A stretch of 40,453 nt of DNA, from NCBI GenBank assembly GCA_964459225.1, contig CAYWKB010000003.1, positions 1-40,453 of the forward strand. Direction: 5' to 3'. The translations under genes were made by a program, and so were the position numbers. The stretch is from an uncultured Candidatus Saccharibacteria bacterium (GTDB lineage: Bacteria; Patescibacteriota; Minisyncoccia; Phycocordibacterales; PALSA-1337). The notes beneath the pieces were generated by a model that was not told where the DNA came from, ran no database searches, and saw only the letters and a program-made list of their open reading frames with translations. Within the stretch, counting starts at the first letter, position 1. Each line of letters begins with the position of its first letter. This document shows positions 38,620 through 40,453 of this stretch, in pieces.

Positions 38620-39609
38620 TCATGAATCAGTAATTTTCTTTTTTAACTTCCAGCCGTTGCCATGACTTAAAAGACCAAGATACGACTCGACAACTTCCGG
38701 CTTTTCTTGAGAATCTTTGATTTTCTTGAACATACGATTTTTTGTCGTTGTCCGTATCACTCGATGATATGGAAAATGAACCCAGCCAAGGAAATCTACA
38801 CCCGACGAAGATGTCTTAATAAACACTTTGTCTGGATGAAGAGATAATTTTAATTGCTCACTGAGAAAGCCCTGAACCTTAGGTAAGATTTCCATCAACG
38901 AATCTTTATTGTGTTGCATAATGACGAAGTCATCGGCATACCGAATATAATATTTAGCTTTGAGCTTGTGCTTTACAAACTGGTCAAATTCATTCATGTA
39001 AATATTTACCAAGAGTTGCGAGGTCAGGTTACCTAAAGGCAAACCCTTACCTGGACCAGTACTTTGAAAACTCTCAACAATGCGTTCAACAAGCCAGATC
39101 GTTTCCATATCATTAATATGTCGCTTGAATATTTCAATAAGCTTTTCATGATCAATAGATGCAAAAAACTTTCTAACATCACATTTCAGGACCCAGCATG
39201 CCCTGCTATTACTTTTTGACACTTTCATAACGAAATCATTGAATCGATTTAACGCACGATGTGTTCCTTTAAATTGTCGACAGGAGTAGGAATCATAAAT
39301 AAACTTTTTATCAAAATAGGGATATAAAATCCTGTAAATAGCATGGTGCAATAATCTATCTCGGACCGTAGCCTTGTGAATACTTCTCGGTTTCGGATCA
39401 CTTATCGAAAAAGCTTCGTATGCACCATGTCTATACATTTTTGTTCGCAGTTCCTCATGCAATTTGAAGATACTATGAGAGAGATTCAGAGAAAATTCAG
39501 CAACGTCCTTTTTAGATTTCTTGCCACATATAAATTCGGTCCACGCATCGCATAGATTTTTGATGGATATGATATTCTTATACTCATGACCCATACTAAT
39601 AAGGATCAT
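38620..39609 (-). CDS. DGR-type reverse transcriptase
   Basis: VRDRLLHHA, KCDVRKFFASIDH, GLPLGNLTSQ, YIRYADDF, GVDFLG; uninterrupted; in-frame starts at GTG 39636, ATG 39609 and ATG 39594. Confidence 0.95.
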   Translation of the reverse strand: MILISMGHEYKNIISIKNLCDAWTEFICGKKSKKDVAEFSLNLSHSIFKLHEELRTKMYRHGAYEAFSISDPKPRSIHKATVRDRLLHHAIYRILYPYFDKKFIYDSYSCRQFKGTHRALNRFNDFVMKVSKSNSRACWVLKCDVRKFFASIDHEKLIEIFKRHINDMETIWLVERIVESFQSTGPGKGLPLGNLTSQLLVNIYMNEFDQFVKHKLKAKYYIRYADDFVIMQHNKDSLMEILPKVQGFLSEQLKLSLHPDKVFIKTSSSGVDFLGWVHFPYHRVIRTTTKNRMFKKIKDSQEKPEVVESYLGLLSHGNGWKLKKKITDS

Positions 39610-39980
39610 ATTACCCCCCCCCCCGAGAATTACCACAGGTAATTCTCAAATCGAAAGAGACATATCGTTTTTGGCTCTCTATCTATCGTGATTTTCCGAA
39701 AGTCGAGCGGTATGGAATTGGAAACAAAATTGAACAGGCTTTTCTTGATGTACTTGAATACACATTCTGTCTTTCTTATCTCCCGCCTGAACACAAAATA
39801 CCGATATTGAACAAAGCCATCACAAAACTTGATATTGTGAAGTTCTTTGTGCAACTCGCATGGGAAAGTAAAATTATTCCAACTGATACATACTCGGACT
39901 TAATCGGAAGACTTGAGGAAATAGGGCGACAACTTGGTGGTTGGAAGAAGGGTTTGCAAGCAAAAACTCCCCGACCTTAA
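39586..39980 (+). CDS. avd: Avd-like DGR accessory protein (four-helix bundle), absent from the ORF track; the only plausible ATG is out of frame across a C11 tract
   Basis: Frame 39603-39980 reads ...PPPRELPQVILKSKETYRFWLSIYRDFPKVERYGIGNKIEQAFLDVLE...LDIVKFFVQLAWE...LEEIGRQLGGWKK...*; FPKxERYxIG and EIGRQLGGW are Avd/bAvd-like; ATG 39586 would join this frame with C12 or C9. Confidence 0.85.
39614..39624 (+). repeat. C11 homopolymer (G11 on the TR/RT strand)
   Basis: tta-ccccccccccc-gag read directly. Confidence 0.9.
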
Positions 39981-39989
39981 GCCGAGGAG
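39967..39989 (-). other. Hairpin immediately 3' of the TR, overlapping the avd stop codon
   Basis: Minus strand CTCCTCGGC-TTAAG-GTCGGGGAG (two G-U pairs, so it folds better on the TR strand) followed by TTTTT. Confidence 0.7.
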
Positions 39990-39999
39990 AAAACCAACA

Positions 40000-40122
40000 G
40001 TTTCGAGAGAACACCTGGTTGCCATCATCCCACCTGTTCGGGTTATCGACGGAGTTCGCATTGACGTTCCAGCCGTCGTCGTTCCAGTTCACGTTGACCG
40101 CGCGAAGCACCCCAGCGTTATC
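40000..40122 (-). repeat. DGR template repeat (TR) core; boundaries approximate
   Basis: 41 codons DNAGVLRAVNVNWNDDGWNVNANSVDNPNRWDDGNQVFSRN, 11 of them Asn (10 AAC, 1 AAT); GC-rich; next to avd and RT. Confidence 0.88.
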
Positions 40123-40343
40123 GTATACAAGATCATCTATATCACCGCCAGCCAAACCATGACCAGCTGAATTTTATCCGGGACATCAAAGTCCACTAAT
40201 CTCATATACCAATTCTTGTTATTTTTTTGAAGAGACTTTCCCCACTCTCACACAAGGCATACCCAGTGTGACTCTCGAGAAAAATATCCTAAGACCATGA
40301 CGTGAAAGCCGTAACCGTCACGTAACACATGATTTCGGAAATA

Positions 40344-40352
40344 AGTATAACA
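40344..40352 (-). promoter_or_regulatory. Extended -10 promoter candidate for the TR RNA
   Basis: TGTTATACT just downstream of the 40375-40410 terminator; no clear -35. Confidence 0.5.
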
Positions 40353-40368
40353 AGAGAAATTTAAATAT

Positions 40369-40410
40369 AAAAAATTGACCCCCAATCCGCCGAAGCAGAC
40401 TGAGGGTCAA
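40369..40410 (-). terminator. Strong intrinsic terminator of a gene ending at or beyond the right edge
   Basis: TTGACCCTCAGTCTGC-TTCG-GCGGATTGGGGGTCAA (16-bp stem, 3 G-U pairs, cUUCGg loop) followed by T6. Confidence 0.85.
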
Positions 40411-40453
40411 AGAATCCAAGGAACAAAGGATCAGGCTTGCGCCGGAGCCGAAG

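Larger units (their letters stand above)
38620..40350. mobile_element. Diversity-generating retroelement core (promoter - TR - antisense avd - RT)
   Basis: DGR RT, Avd-like four-helix protein and AAC-rich TR within 1.7 kb. Confidence 0.88.

Noticed and set aside
38490-38620. DGR integrated at tRNA-Thr
   Set aside because: The DGR lies on the tRNA 5' side; no duplicated tRNA 3' end or integrase is seen
23472-40122. Pairing the TR (40000-40122) with the VR-like end of the 23463 gene
   Set aside because: Similar fold pattern but many mismatches at non-adenine positions, which is incompatible with A-specific mutagenic retrohoming
39874-40170. ORF-track ORFs 39874..40155 (-), 39934..40170 (+), 39941..40162 (+) and 39630..39854 (-) as proteins
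   Set aside because: These are readings of the TR or antisense of avd; the Asn-rich frame is the TR template itself
1-40453. CRISPR array, rRNA or IS transposase
   Set aside because: No regularly spaced repeats, rRNA-like sequence or transposase motifs seen by eye

Overview
AT-rich bacterial chromosome window, most likely Patescibacteria/CPR (Parcubacteria-like). That placement is inferred from a compact RpoB, a short RF2, multiple TrmB regulators and CPR-style DGR parts. Almost all genes are on the minus strand. Core genes are rpoC, rpoB (separated by a small inserted gene), pyrG, ftsX, ftsE, prfB and three tRNAs. Five things stand out. (1) A diversity-generating retroelement (DGR) at the right end has an intact RT, an AAC-rich template repeat (TR) and an Avd-like gene missed by the ORF track; that gene is antisense between TR and RT and is out of frame across a C11 tract. 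(2) A DGR-target-like gene 16 kb away has a variable region that does NOT match this TR. (3) tRNA-Thr(GGU) is split by a 213-nt group I intron. (4) A livKHMGF operon is interrupted by three divergent TrmB/LivK-paralog cassettes. (5) Tandem att-like copies of the tRNA-Gln 3' end bracket a ~3 kb island. A compact structured RNA leader also precedes an NYN RNase gene. All product calls come from motif recognition by eye; no database searches were run.
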